Shown piece by piece: positions 18,797-28,889 of a stretch of 64,000 bases of DNA. The DNA is from Ferruginibacter sp. (lineage in GTDB: Bacteria > Bacteroidota > Bacteroidia > Chitinophagales > Chitinophagaceae), in the NCBI GenBank assembly GCA_046329695.1, contig JAXLUE010000007.1, positions 9,065 through 73,064 of the forward strand. The letters are read 5' to 3'. The number at the start of each line of letters is the position of its first letter. Position 1 is the stretch's first letter. Both the position numbers and the translations under genes were made by a program. The notes beneath the pieces are model-generated. The model had not been told where the DNA came from, ran no database searches, and worked only from the letters and a program-made list of their open reading frames with translations.

Positions 18797-20197
18797 TTAA
18801 ACCGCTTCCCGTATGTACTCATACACCCAGCTCATGAAACCGAGCATCAATATCGCAACTGTTGCTATGACCAGGCCAATGCGGGCGGGCAACGATACCG
18901 GAACAGCGCCCACCACCTGTTCACCGGGATCGGCAAAGATCGTCTTGACCAGTTTCAGGTAATAGTATAATGACAGCACCATATTCAGGGCTGCAAAAAG
19001 AATGAACAGGAATTCGCCCCTTGAGGCGCCGGATGCCAGCAGAAACAATTTTCCAAAGAAGCCGGCCGTAGGCGGTATCCCTGCCAGTGAGAAAAGCGCC
19101 AGGGCCATTACCCATCCCAGGAATTTATTGTTCTTATAGAATCCTCTATACTGGCTAATATTTTCCCGCTGCGTATGCACACAAACAATGCCTGCCACCG
19201 AAAACGCTGCCATATTTGAAAACAGGTAAACCAGCACAAAATATATCACGGCTGTTTGTCCGGCAGGAGAAAAACTACTGATGGCCAGCAATATGAAGCC
19301 CACCTGTGCAATGGAAGAAAAGGCCAGGAATCTTTTGATATTTTCCTGCCTCAGGGCAAACAGGTTTCCCACAACGATCGTCAGCAACGATAACCCAAGC
19401 AACATATAATGCCAGATATCGTACATGGGCCAGAATACGCGGAACAGGAAATTCATCAGCACAAAAGTCATGGCGGCCTTAGATAATACCGACAGGAATG
19501 CCGCTACCGGAACGGGTGCGCCTTCATATACGTCGGCCGTCCAGAAATGAAACGGCACAATGGATAATTTAAAGGCGAAAGCAGAAAACAGGAATATGAA
19601 TGACAGGATCTGCAGGCCCGACTGGTTCAGGGCAAGGGGCAGTTCATCGAAACGGATCGTGCCGGTAATGCCATAAACGAACGATATGCCCAAAAGCAAA
19701 ACCCCGGAAGAGAAAGCGGATGATAAGATCATTTTCATGGCCGCTTCGGATGATTTACGGATCCGGAGGTCGAAATTGACCATTGCAGCCAACGGAATAC
19801 TGGATAATTCCAGGGATATGTAAAACATCAGCAGGTTGCCGCTGGAGATCATAAAATACATACCCAGTGTAACCGATAACGTGAGTATGATGAATTCGGG
19901 CATATGTTCATGCTGCTTCAGCCAGTCTGAAAATAAAAGCGTCATCATATATACGCCCAGGCAAAGGATATTTTTTTGGAGGATGGACGTTCTTGTTTGT
20001 ACAAACATCTGATCGAACAGGGTTCCGGTATCCTGGAAGATGAACCCAATGGCCAGCAAGACCAAGAGGAGAAACTGGATGATGGGCAGGAAGGTTTCGT
20101 TCCGGATGCTTTTTCCCAGTTTGAGTATCAACAGCAGGAAGATCAGGCCGCTAAGCGCCAGTTCCTGTTTCATCAATATGAGCATCTGGTTAAACAT
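18797..20197 (-). CDS. nuoN: NADH-quinone oxidoreductase subunit N
   Basis: Polytopic membrane protein with SSEAAMK, AFKLSIVPFHFWTADVYEGAP, KRFLAFSSIAQ and SLAGIPPTAGFFGK. Confidence 0.93.
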   Translation of the reverse strand: MFNQMLILMKQELALSGLIFLLLILKLGKSIRNETFLPIIQFLLLVLLAIGFIFQDTGTLFDQMFVQTRTSILQKNILCLGVYMMTLLFSDWLKQHEHMPEFIILTLSVTLGMYFMISSGNLLMFYISLELSSIPLAAMVNFDLRIRKSSEAAMKMILSSAFSSGVLLLGISFVYGITGTIRFDELPLALNQSGLQILSFIFLFSAFAFKLSIVPFHFWTADVYEGAPVPVAAFLSVLSKAAMTFVLMNFLFRVFWPMYDIWHYMLLGLSLLTIVVGNLFALRQENIKRFLAFSSIAQVGFILLAISSFSPAGQTAVIYFVLVYLFSNMAAFSVAGIVCVHTQRENISQYRGFYKNNKFLGWVMALALFSLAGIPPTAGFFGKLFLLASGASRGEFLFILFAALNMVLSLYYYLKLVKTIFADPGEQVVGAVPVSLPARIGLVIATVAILMLGFMSWVYEYIREAV

Positions 20198-20217
20198 CCT
20201 TGTTTTGTTATCCTTGT

Positions 20218-21696
20218 TTAATGTCCTGATATTTTCTTCATGATCTCATCCGTACCCGGGCCAACCAGGTCAACCAGCCATCCCGGCACCAGCCCAATGG
20301 CAAGTATGGCCAAAACAAGCAGGATGGCTGCGGCCTTTTCGTACCATTTGGCATCGGTGGTATGTTGCAATGATTCCCTGAGTGGCCCCATGGCTACCAG
20401 TCCGATCGCACGAAGGATGTATACGGCGGTCACCACAATAGACATACACGCGGCGATGGTGGCAACCCGGTGAAACATATCCGCCTTCTCCCAGGAACCA
20501 ATAAATATGGTCATTTCAGCTACGAATCCACTCAGGCCGGGAAGCCCCAGTGAACATAGCCCCACGATGAACATGATCGTGGTGATGAAAGGCATCGTTT
20601 TCATCAATCCTCCCATCTCGGAAACCTGACGGGTATGTGTACGCGAATAAATCATTCCAATGACGGCAAAGAAAAGAGCTGTCATGAGTCCGTGTGAAAC
20701 CATTTGCATGACCGCGCCTGAAACGGCCGTGCGCGTGAGCATCCCGATGCCCAGCAATACAAAACCGCAATGACTGACGGATGAGTATGCATTGATATAC
20801 TTGAGATCCTTCTGCATCATGGTGGCAAAGGCGCCGTATAAGATGGCAATCGCGGATAAGACGATGATATAAGAAGAAAATTCGGTTGCCGCCTGCGGAA
20901 ACAGGTATGTGGCCGCTTTCAGACATCCATAACCTCCCAGTTTCATGGAAATGCCAGCCAGGAACATCGATCCCGCCGTGGGTGCGGAAGAGTGACCGTC
21001 TGGCACCCAGGTATGGAAAGGAAACAGTGCGGAAAAAACCCCGAATCCGGTAAATATGAGCAGGAAACAAATACGCTGCAACTGTTCCGGAATATACATT
21101 CTCGAAAGCGCCTGCATATCAAAACTATGAATGCCATGCGAGAAAAACAGGATGAGTAAACCCACAAGCACCAGTGCCGATCCGCCCATAAGCATCAGGG
21201 CCAGTTTATTGGCGCTGTATTCCTTTTTTCCACTGCCCCAAACCGCGATCAGCATATACTTGGGAATCACGGCCACTTCCAGGAAGAAGAAAAGGATCAT
21301 CAGATCTATGGATATGAAGAATCCATAGGCGCCAAGACTTAATAATATAAGGAGGAAGAAGTATTCCCTGGCCATCTTGTCCACTTCCCAGGAAACCAAT
21401 ACGCCAGCCACCACCACCAGCGCCGTCAGCAGGATCATGGCAATGGAGATACCGTCTACACCGATATGAAAGCTGATATTCCAGTCGGGGAAAAATGCGT
21501 AGACCTGTTCGAAATAGAGCATGCCGGAATCGCCGGGCTGATGAACGTTGAGATATGAAACATATAAAGCGATCGCGAGGCCCAATTGTACCAACGAGCC
21601 TGCCAGGGCCAGTACACGCGCAAGCCTGGGCTGTTTCATCAACAGCATGAGCAGGGCCGTAACCAGGGGCACCCATATCAGGTAAAGCAGGTTCAT
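20218..21696 (-). CDS. nuoM: NADH-quinone oxidoreductase subunit M
   Basis: GVDGIS, FPFHTWVPDGHSSAPT, MKLGGYG, AYSSVSH and SLGLPGLSGFVAE. Confidence 0.93.
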   Translation of the reverse strand: MNLLYLIWVPLVTALLMLLMKQPRLARVLALAGSLVQLGLAIALYVSYLNVHQPGDSGMLYFEQVYAFFPDWNISFHIGVDGISIAMILLTALVVVAGVLVSWEVDKMAREYFFLLILLSLGAYGFFISIDLMILFFFLEVAVIPKYMLIAVWGSGKKEYSANKLALMLMGGSALVLVGLLILFFSHGIHSFDMQALSRMYIPEQLQRICFLLIFTGFGVFSALFPFHTWVPDGHSSAPTAGSMFLAGISMKLGGYGCLKAATYLFPQAATEFSSYIIVLSAIAILYGAFATMMQKDLKYINAYSSVSHCGFVLLGIGMLTRTAVSGAVMQMVSHGLMTALFFAVIGMIYSRTHTRQVSEMGGLMKTMPFITTIMFIVGLCSLGLPGLSGFVAEMTIFIGSWEKADMFHRVATIAACMSIVVTAVYILRAIGLVAMGPLRESLQHTTDAKWYEKAAAILLVLAILAIGLVPGWLVDLVGPGTDEIMKKISGH

Positions 21697-21737
21697 ATTG
21701 GTTGTTTAAATCCTTTTATAAATCAACAAAGCATGTT

Positions 21738-23669
21738 TCAATGCCACATATATATAAACAAGACGGCCATCAGCAAAACACCGGCCAGGAAATAGACCGC
21801 GTATTGCTGTATGCGTCCTGATTGTATGATCTTCAATTTTTCGGAAACGGTTTCAGCTGCCCATCCGGTTGCATTCACCAGTCCGTCCACGATATACTTG
21901 TCGAACCAGGCCGCCGCCGAGCCGATCCAACCGAACAGTAATTTCTTGGTGATGAAGAGATAGACCTCATCAATATAAAATTTACGGTATGCGGCACGGT
22001 AGACCGCCCCCAGTGAACCGGCTATGGCATCAGGCTTGCCGTTCGAACGGGCATACAAAACATATGCGGTAATGATACCCAAGAGACCCAATGTTACCGG
22101 TGCCACGGAAAAGGCCAGGTGGAAATGGGTTTCAAATGGCTTTCCATCCGAACTCACATAGTGGCTGAAAGGAATAAATCCCGCAGCAACGGAGCACAGG
22201 CCCAGGATCAGCAGGGGCAGTTTCATCGTATTGGTGCCTTCCCCGTGGTGGTTTTCGTGCACATGTGGTTCGGTATGCCAGAAAATCCTGAAATACAGGC
22301 GGAACATATAAAAAGCCGTTAATGCAGAAGTGCCTAACGCTATCCAATACACGAAACGGTTACTTTCATAAGCCGCCAATAATATCGCTTCTTTGCTGAA
22401 GAACCCCGCGAATGGGGGCACGCCGGCAATGGCAAGACAGGCCAGGAGGAAGGTCAGGTGAGTAATGGGCATCTGCTTCCTCAATCCGCCCATATCTTTC
22501 ATTTCATTACTGTGTACATAATGTATGACGGCCCCGGCGCCCAGGAACAACAATGCTTTGAACATGGCGTGTGTGAATAAATGGAAGAGAGAGGCCGTAT
22601 AACCGAGGCCGTTTTCGCCTCCATAACCCGAAACGCCCAATGCGAATATCATGAACCCGATCTGAGACATGGTGGAATAGGCCAGCACCCGTTTGATATC
22701 TGTTTGTGTACAGGCGATCACAGCAGCTATAAATGCTGAGATCACACCAACCACAGCCACCATGTTCAATAAATTGGAAGAAGCCACGGAGAATATGGGA
22801 AACAACCGGGCCACCAGGAATACGCCCGCCACCACCATGGTAGCGGCATGGATCAGCGCCGACACCGGCGTGGGGCCCTCCATGGCATCGGGAAGCCATA
22901 TATGCAGGGGGAACAGGGCACTCTTTCCCGCCCCGCCAATGAATACCAGGGCCAGTCCCCAGCTGAGCGCCGAAAGCCCCATGAAATGAGGCAGGTTTTT
23001 GCAGACTCCCGGCTTGCCAAGGGTTTCGATCATGGAATTGAAATCGAGCGTACCGGATTGATTTGACAGGATCAGTATACCCAGCAGAAAACCGAGATCG
23101 GCAAAACGGGTAACAATAAACGCTTTTTTACAGGCTGCAACGGCCGAAGGTTTCTCATAATAAAATCCGATCAGCAGGAAGGATGAAAGCCCCACCAATT
23201 CCCAGCACATATACATCTGGAAAATATTGGAAGACATCACCAAACCCAGCATGGAAAAAGTGAACAACCCCAGGTATGCATAATACATCGAAAACCGCTC
23301 CTCTCCCTTCATATATCCCAGGCTGTAGACATGAACCATGAGGGAGATGAAAGTCACCACCACGAGCATCATGACGGAAATGGGATCCAGGAGGATGCCT
23401 GTCCTGATCGATAACCCAGATTGACCGGTTGAAAATACCAGCCAGTCGTACGACCAGGGCTGCAGGCTTTGGAAAGTACCATTCAGCAAACCCGCTCCGG
23501 TAAAGTACTGGGTGGCCGTTTGCAGGGCCAGTACGGTGGACACCAATATGGCCAGGGTGGCGATGACCCCGGATGATTTTCCAACATATTTTTTACCGAA
23601 TAAACCAAGCAGCACGAATGCCGCGAGTGGCAGCAGTGGAATGAGTAATATGATGATCGTCGCTGGCAT
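21738..23669 (-). CDS. nuoL: NADH-quinone oxidoreductase subunit L
   Basis: GKSALFPLHIWLPDAMEGPTPVSALIHAATMV, DIKRVLAYSTMSQ and HLFTHAMFKALLFL. Confidence 0.95.
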   Translation of the reverse strand: MPATIIILLIPLLPLAAFVLLGLFGKKYVGKSSGVIATLAILVSTVLALQTATQYFTGAGLLNGTFQSLQPWSYDWLVFSTGQSGLSIRTGILLDPISVMMLVVVTFISLMVHVYSLGYMKGEERFSMYYAYLGLFTFSMLGLVMSSNIFQMYMCWELVGLSSFLLIGFYYEKPSAVAACKKAFIVTRFADLGFLLGILILSNQSGTLDFNSMIETLGKPGVCKNLPHFMGLSALSWGLALVFIGGAGKSALFPLHIWLPDAMEGPTPVSALIHAATMVVAGVFLVARLFPIFSVASSNLLNMVAVVGVISAFIAAVIACTQTDIKRVLAYSTMSQIGFMIFALGVSGYGGENGLGYTASLFHLFTHAMFKALLFLGAGAVIHYVHSNEMKDMGGLRKQMPITHLTFLLACLAIAGVPPFAGFFSKEAILLAAYESNRFVYWIALGTSALTAFYMFRLYFRIFWHTEPHVHENHHGEGTNTMKLPLLILGLCSVAAGFIPFSHYVSSDGKPFETHFHLAFSVAPVTLGLLGIITAYVLYARSNGKPDAIAGSLGAVYRAAYRKFYIDEVYLFITKKLLFGWIGSAAAWFDKYIVDGLVNATGWAAETVSEKLKIIQSGRIQQYAVYFLAGVLLMAVLFIYMWH

Positions 23670-23675
23670 GGTTCT

Positions 23676-23993
23676 TTAATATTTCATTTCTGCCGCCTGT
23701 TCTACGTCAATAGACTGGTGGCTGCGATACAAATTAATAATGATAGCGATGGCTACTGCCGCTTCTGCCGCCGCGATGGCAATGATGAACAATGCAAAAA
23801 AAACGGCATCGATCTTTCCCGGCCACAGGTATTTATTAAAAGCGATGAAATTGATGTTCACGCTGTTCAGGATCAGTTCGATGCTCATCAACATGGTCAC
23901 CAGGTTGCGCCGGGTGAAAAAACCGAGTACCCCGATGAAAAACAACGCGGTACTAATGAACAACAAATGATATAATCCCGGTTCGATACTCAC
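23676..23993 (-). CDS. nuoK: NADH-quinone oxidoreductase subunit K
   Basis: RRNLVTMLMSIELILNSVNIN and AAAEAAVAIAI; GTG start. Confidence 0.93.
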   Translation of the reverse strand: MSIEPGLYHLLFISTALFFIGVLGFFTRRNLVTMLMSIELILNSVNINFIAFNKYLWPGKIDAVFFALFIIAIAAAEAAVAIAIIINLYRSHQSIDVEQAAEMKY

Positions 23994-24000
23994 ATGAAAG

Positions 24001-24537
24001 TTATTTACTGGTTTCTTTAATGACTGGTTGTGGTTTATGCCGGATCGCTATCACAATACAGCCGATCATGGCTGCCAGCAGTAAGATGCTGATCACTTCA
24101 AAAGGGAGGGCATATCCACCCTTCTCCACACTCAGCATCTGCTTACCAATCTCCATGACATCCGGACCCCGTCCGGCCTTTTCCATCAAAGGAAAATCAT
24201 ATCGGAATACCTGCAGCATGGTAAGGGCAAATGCGCAGAATACGGCCAGGAACGAAAATATTTGTCTGCGTACAGGCTGCACCGGTAGTTTTTCTCCCGC
24301 CTGTTGTGTGAGGAAGATGGAAAAGATGATGAGCACGCTGATACCGCCGGCGTAAACTATGATCTGCACCGCGGCTATGAATTCATATTCGAGCCAGAAA
24401 TAGATACCGGCGACGCCTATCAGCGAAAAGAGCAGGTAGACAGCCGCCCGCAGGATATTCCTTGATGTAACGGCTAGCAACCCGCAAACAAGCGTCAGCG
24501 CAGCCAGTAAATAAAATATGATCGTAGATCCGCTCAT
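24001..24537 (-). CDS. nuoJ: NADH-quinone oxidoreductase subunit J
   Basis: EFIAAVQIIVYAGGISVL and YALPFEVISILLLAAMIG. Confidence 0.93.
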   Translation of the reverse strand: MSGSTIIFYLLAALTLVCGLLAVTSRNILRAAVYLLFSLIGVAGIYFWLEYEFIAAVQIIVYAGGISVLIIFSIFLTQQAGEKLPVQPVRRQIFSFLAVFCAFALTMLQVFRYDFPLMEKAGRGPDVMEIGKQMLSVEKGGYALPFEVISILLLAAMIGCIVIAIRHKPQPVIKETSK

Positions 24538-25013
24538 TATTCCACTCCCTCCATGATTTTTGATCCGGGGTTATTCAACACCTTGGTTAATTGGTTCCTG
24601 TCAAACACACTGTGCTCAAATGTCTGTGCCATAACGATGGCATCGGATGGACAGGCCACCACGCAGAGGTTGCACATGGTACAAAGCTCCAGGTGGTAAA
24701 CCAGTTTATCGATCGCCTTTTTCTTCTTACCCTCCGGTGTGATATCGAATTTGGTGACCACTTTGATCGTTCCGTTCGGGCAGGCCAGTTCGCAGGCGGT
24801 GCACCCGGTGCAACGATGCTCGTTTTGTTCATTGTGCGGCATCACCACTTCGCCCTTGAAGCGTTCCGGTAATACCAATGTATCCCGGTTATCGGGATAT
24901 TGCTGGGTGATGATCTCTTTATGGTGCGTGAAATAGTAACCGGTACGCCTCATCCCTTTCAGCAGGGAGGCAACTGCTGATGCGATATCTTTTATGTAGC
25001 GAACGATGAACAT
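24537..25013 (-). CDS. nuoI: NADH-quinone oxidoreductase subunit I (2x[4Fe-4S])
   Basis: TQQYP..ERFKG, CTGCTACELACP and CTMCNLCVVACP. Confidence 0.93.
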   Translation of the reverse strand: MFIVRYIKDIASAVASLLKGMRRTGYYFTHHKEIITQQYPDNRDTLVLPERFKGEVVMPHNEQNEHRCTGCTACELACPNGTIKVVTKFDITPEGKKKKAIDKLVYHLELCTMCNLCVVACPSDAIVMAQTFEHSVFDRNQLTKVLNNPGSKIMEGVE

Positions 25014-25042
25014 GTATCGGTTTTATTTATACTTTTTGATCA

Positions 25043-26119
25043 TTAAAAATGCCATCCCAATATGGCCGCAGCCGCCACCAGCAGGATATTGACCATACTG
25101 ATCGGCAATAAATATTTCCATTCCAGGTTCAGCAACTGATCGATCCGAAGCCTCGGGAAACTCCAGCGGAACCACATGATCAGGAAAATCAGTGAAAATG
25201 TCTTGCCCAGGAACCAGATACTGGAAGGAATGAAATCCATGACATGGTTAAACGCTGCCCAATGCCCAATGTGAAAAGGCATCCAGCCGCCCAGGAACAA
25301 GGTGGCGCCTATGGCACATACAATAAATACGTTCACATATTCAGCCAGGAAGAACAGGGCAAATTTCATCCCTGAATACTCCGTATGAAATCCCGCCGTG
25401 AGTTCCGATTCGGCTTCGGCCAGGTCGAAAGGAGCCCGGTTCGTTTCAGCCGTTACGGCAATGATGAAAACGATGAAAGCGATGATGGCGGGGATATGAC
25501 CTTTAAAAATCCACCATCCGTCTGCCTGGGATAAAATGATATCATTCAGGTTGAGGCTGCCCGTGAACACCACAATACTCAGGATGGCCAGGCCGGCCGA
25601 TAACTCATAACTCACAATCTGGGCCCCGCTTCGCATGGCGCCAAGCAGTGAATATTTATTGTTACTGGCCCATCCTGCCATCAGGATGCTGATCACAGAA
25701 AGTGACGACATAGCCGAGATATATAAAACGCCTATGTTCATGTTCCACATCTGGAAGTCTTTCGCAAATGCGATAGGCGCCATCAGCAACATGGCAATGA
25801 CCATGGCCATGATGGGCGCCACATTGAACAGCATCTTATCGGCCCCGTCCGGTGTCATGCCTTCTTTAACCAGCAATTTCAATGTGTCGGCAAAGGATTG
25901 CAGCAAACCTTTCGGACCAACCCTGTTTGGCCCCAGCCTGATCTGCATCCAGGCCGAAACTTTCCTCTCCATAATAACCAGGACCAATCCCAAGAAAGCA
26001 AAAAATCCGATCACGGCAATCCCGGCGATGACCATTTCGATCACCAGCACCCAGGTATCACTGAACTGTGCGGACAGCCATTGATGCAATTGGGATGTTA
26101 TGCCTGATAAGGAGAACAA
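25043..26119 (-). CDS. nuoH: NADH-quinone oxidoreductase subunit H
   Basis: ERKVSAWMQIRLGPNRVGP, AETNRAPFDLAEAESEL and FPRLRIDQL; TTG start. Confidence 0.95.
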   Translation of the reverse strand: MFSLSGITSQLHQWLSAQFSDTWVLVIEMVIAGIAVIGFFAFLGLVLVIMERKVSAWMQIRLGPNRVGPKGLLQSFADTLKLLVKEGMTPDGADKMLFNVAPIMAMVIAMLLMAPIAFAKDFQMWNMNIGVLYISAMSSLSVISILMAGWASNNKYSLLGAMRSGAQIVSYELSAGLAILSIVVFTGSLNLNDIILSQADGWWIFKGHIPAIIAFIVFIIAVTAETNRAPFDLAEAESELTAGFHTEYSGMKFALFFLAEYVNVFIVCAIGATLFLGGWMPFHIGHWAAFNHVMDFIPSSIWFLGKTFSLIFLIMWFRWSFPRLRIDQLLNLEWKYLLPISMVNILLVAAAAILGWHF

Positions 26120-26177
26120 ATGATTATGAATTTATTTGTTGTGTTTTATGTGTTAAGTTATATGTTATAATAAAGCC

Positions 26178-26233
26178 TCATTTCTAATTCTTCATTTTTT
26201 GTTTCTAATTTCTTATTCCATATTCTTCATTTC
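26178..26233. repeat. Degenerate 7-bp tandem repeat (about 8 units) in nuoD-nuoH spacer
   Basis: tcatttc taattct tcatttt ttgtttc taatttc ttattcc atattct tcatttc. Confidence 0.55.
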
Positions 26234-26234
26234 T

Positions 26235-27350
26235 TCACCTGTCTATATCCGGTATCACCAGGTCCAACGTTCCCATCATGGCCACCAGGTCGCCGATCTT
26301 ACTTCCCCTGGCAATGTGTTCCAGCACGGATAAATTGGAGAAGCCGGGCGATCTGAATTTGATCCGGTAAGGTGTTGTGCCGCCTTCACTGACAATGTAT
26401 ACGCCCAGTTCGCCCCTGGCGGTTTCCACTTTGGTATAAAATTCCCCTTTGGGCAGTTTCAGCACGGCTTTTGTTTTAGCCTGGAAATCGCCTTCCGGGA
26501 TATTATCGATCAGTTGTTCAACTATACGGATCGATTCATTCATCTCCCTGACACGCACCATATATCGGGCAAAGGAATCACAACCTGTTTCCAGCACTTC
26601 GTCAAACTGTACCTGGGAATAGATCTCGTAAGGCATATACTTTCTTACGTCGCAGGAAACACCGCTGCCCCTGGCGGTGGGCCCGGTACAACCATATGAA
26701 ATGGCATCTTCGGGTTTCAGGATGCCCACCCCTTTCATCCGGCTCTGAAAGATCACATTTCCGGTGACCATTTCATTGTACTCGTCGAATTTTGATTTAT
26801 ACAATTTGATAAAATCCTTCACCCGTTGCTGGAAATTCGGCAGTATATCCGCCATAACCCCTCCGGGTACCATATAATTCATGGTCAGCCTGGCGCCGCA
26901 GTTTTCTTCCATGATGTCGTTGATGCTTTCCCTTTCACGAAAGGCATGGAAAAATGGCGTGAATGCCCCCAGGTCCATCGCCATGGCGCCCCACCAGAGT
27001 TCATGTGATGCGATGCGGGTAAGTTCATCCATGATCACGCGGATATACTGTGCACGGGGCGGAACTTCTATCTGCATGGCTTTTTCCACACAGAGGGCAC
27101 AGGCGTGGTTATTGATATGGGCCGACAGGTAGTCCATCCGGCTGGTCACGTAAATGAACTGGCGATAGGTCAGGCTCTCGCACATCTTTTCAATGGAACG
27201 GTGTATATAGCCGAGGTGGGGATCCACTGTTTTGATCGTTTCACCCTGCAGGGTGATGACCAGGTGCAATACCCCGTGCGTGGCCGGATGCTGCGGCCCT
27301 ACATTGATGATGAGATCACCTTCCGTGGTTGTTCCCAGTACTTCGTGCAT
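26235..27350 (-). CDS. nuoD: NADH-quinone oxidoreductase subunit D
   Basis: NVGPQHPATHGVL, GYIHRSIEK, RMDY, ETARGELG and a C-terminal DLVIPDIDR. No NiFe-binding CxxC motifs. Confidence 0.95.
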   Translation of the reverse strand: MHEVLGTTTEGDLIINVGPQHPATHGVLHLVITLQGETIKTVDPHLGYIHRSIEKMCESLTYRQFIYVTSRMDYLSAHINNHACALCVEKAMQIEVPPRAQYIRVIMDELTRIASHELWWGAMAMDLGAFTPFFHAFRERESINDIMEENCGARLTMNYMVPGGVMADILPNFQQRVKDFIKLYKSKFDEYNEMVTGNVIFQSRMKGVGILKPEDAISYGCTGPTARGSGVSCDVRKYMPYEIYSQVQFDEVLETGCDSFARYMVRVREMNESIRIVEQLIDNIPEGDFQAKTKAVLKLPKGEFYTKVETARGELGVYIVSEGGTTPYRIKFRSPGFSNLSVLEHIARGSKIGDLVAMMGTLDLVIPDIDR

Positions 27351-27383
27351 ATATAACGTTGACGGTTAACCGCCTATTCATTT

Positions 27384-27845
27384 TTACAACCTGATCATAT
27401 TGACCGGGTCGTCGTAATCTTTTCTCATCGGGTTCCTGCCTTCCCACCCATCCGGCAAAATCAGCAACCGGAGGTCTGGATGACCTTCAAATCGCACACC
27501 GAACATTTCGTAAACTTCGCGTTCATGAAAAAGCGCCGTTTTCCAAATGTGGCTGCAGGTACCGATCGCAGGATTGTTCGCATCCAGTTTCGACTTGATA
27601 ACCAGGTTATGGCGGAAACGGGTGGATGTCAGGTGATAGACCATTTGCAGGTGTACCTTCCAGTCGATGCAGGTGAGGCAGAACATATAATCCAGCAAAA
27701 GATCTTCGTGGTGGCGTAACTGTTGTGTGATAACACTCCAGCTGCCGGGTTCCACCGACATGGTCAGCCACTCCGTTCCTTCCTCGAATGTCACCCCGGG
27801 GAACAATGAACTGAGCAGTGCTTTCATGTCTTCCTGCGTCATCAT
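27384..27845 (-). CDS. nuoC: NADH-quinone oxidoreductase subunit C
   Basis: [22 protein letters not shown]...PMRKDY. Confidence 0.93.
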   Translation of the reverse strand: MMTQEDMKALLSSLFPGVTFEEGTEWLTMSVEPGSWSVITQQLRHHEDLLLDYMFCLTCIDWKVHLQMVYHLTSTRFRHNLVIKSKLDANNPAIGTCSHIWKTALFHEREVYEMFGVRFEGHPDLRLLILPDGWEGRNPMRKDYDDPVNMIRL

Positions 27846-28381
27846 GGCTGCATGCTGGATTTAATTTGTTCGCGGGTCATGCCCATCCTGATCTTTTCCT
27901 GCAAGGTGATAAGCGCATGCAGGAGGGCTTCCGGGCGCGGCGGGCAACCGGCCACATACACGTCAACGGGAATAATATGATCGGCGCCTTTCACCACGGA
28001 ATACGTGTTGTAAAAGAAAGGACCACCGCTGATCGCGCAGGCTCCCATCGCAATCACATATTTAGGATCTGCCATCTGATCATACAAGCGCTTCAGCACC
28101 GGCGCCATTTTATTAACAATAGTGCCGGCGATGATGATCACATCGGCCTGCCTGGGCGAGGCGCGGGCCACTTCAAACCCGAACCGGGAAAAATCATATT
28201 TGGCCGACGCCGTGGCCATCATTTCAATACCACAACAACTCGTGGCAAATGTGAGGGGCCACAAAGAATTGGACCTCGCCCAATTGATCACGTCATCGAG
28301 TTTGCTCAACACAATGCCCCCGCCGGGCGTTTCATGCACCTGGCCGGGAAATGTGGATGCTATGTTGGATGGTTGTGCCAA
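27842..28381 (-). CDS. nuoB: NADH-quinone oxidoreductase subunit B
   Basis: [32 protein letters not shown] and VAGCPPRPE; TTG start. Confidence 0.95.
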   Translation of the reverse strand: MAQPSNIASTFPGQVHETPGGGIVLSKLDDVINWARSNSLWPLTFATSCCGIEMMATASAKYDFSRFGFEVARASPRQADVIIIAGTIVNKMAPVLKRLYDQMADPKYVIAMGACAISGGPFFYNTYSVVKGADHIIPVDVYVAGCPPRPEALLHALITLQEKIRMGMTREQIKSSMQP

Positions 28382-28401
28382 TGTTGCCTAAATCTTAATG
28401 G

Positions 28402-28752
28402 TTAATCCCACTTCAGGGCGCCTTTCCTGTGCGCATACAGGAAACCTAAAAACAATATGAAAAAGAATATGATGATCTCCACCAGGGCAAACCACCCGGT
28501 AACTTTGGCGGCCACTGCCCATGGATAGAGAAAGACCAGTTCGACATCGAAAATCAAAAACAGGAGGGCATACAGATAATAACCCACATTCATCTGAATC
28601 CAGGTTTTGCCCTGTGTGGGAATGCCACATTCGTATGCTTCGCCTTTTTGAGGATTGGTGCTTGCTTTATTGAGGAATTTGGCAATCAGGATCGCTATGC
28701 AGGCAAATGCCAGGCCGGCAAGAATCAACACGATCATGGAAGAAGCACCCAT
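28402..28752 (-). CDS. nuoA: NADH-quinone oxidoreductase subunit A
   Basis: KGEAYECG, YYLYALLFLIFDVELVFLYPWA and KGALKWD. Confidence 0.95.
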   Translation of the reverse strand: MGASSMIVLILAGLAFACIAILIAKFLNKASTNPQKGEAYECGIPTQGKTWIQMNVGYYLYALLFLIFDVELVFLYPWAVAAKVTGWFALVEIIIFFFILFLGFLYAHRKGALKWD

Positions 28753-28889
28753 AGCAGTGGCATTTGTGGTAATAAATTCCGCCCGTCAAGTTAGTGAAAA
28801 ATTGAAAACAAAAAATTATTTATAACGCACAAGTCCTTCACAACATATTGTGACTGAATTATTCCGGGGCTGTCATATATCGCTGGGGG

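Noticed and set aside
26235-28381. Possible group 4 [NiFe]-hydrogenase rather than complex I
   Set aside because: NuoD lacks the N- and C-terminal CxxC Ni ligands, NuoB has the tandem CC motif, and nuoAJK are present.
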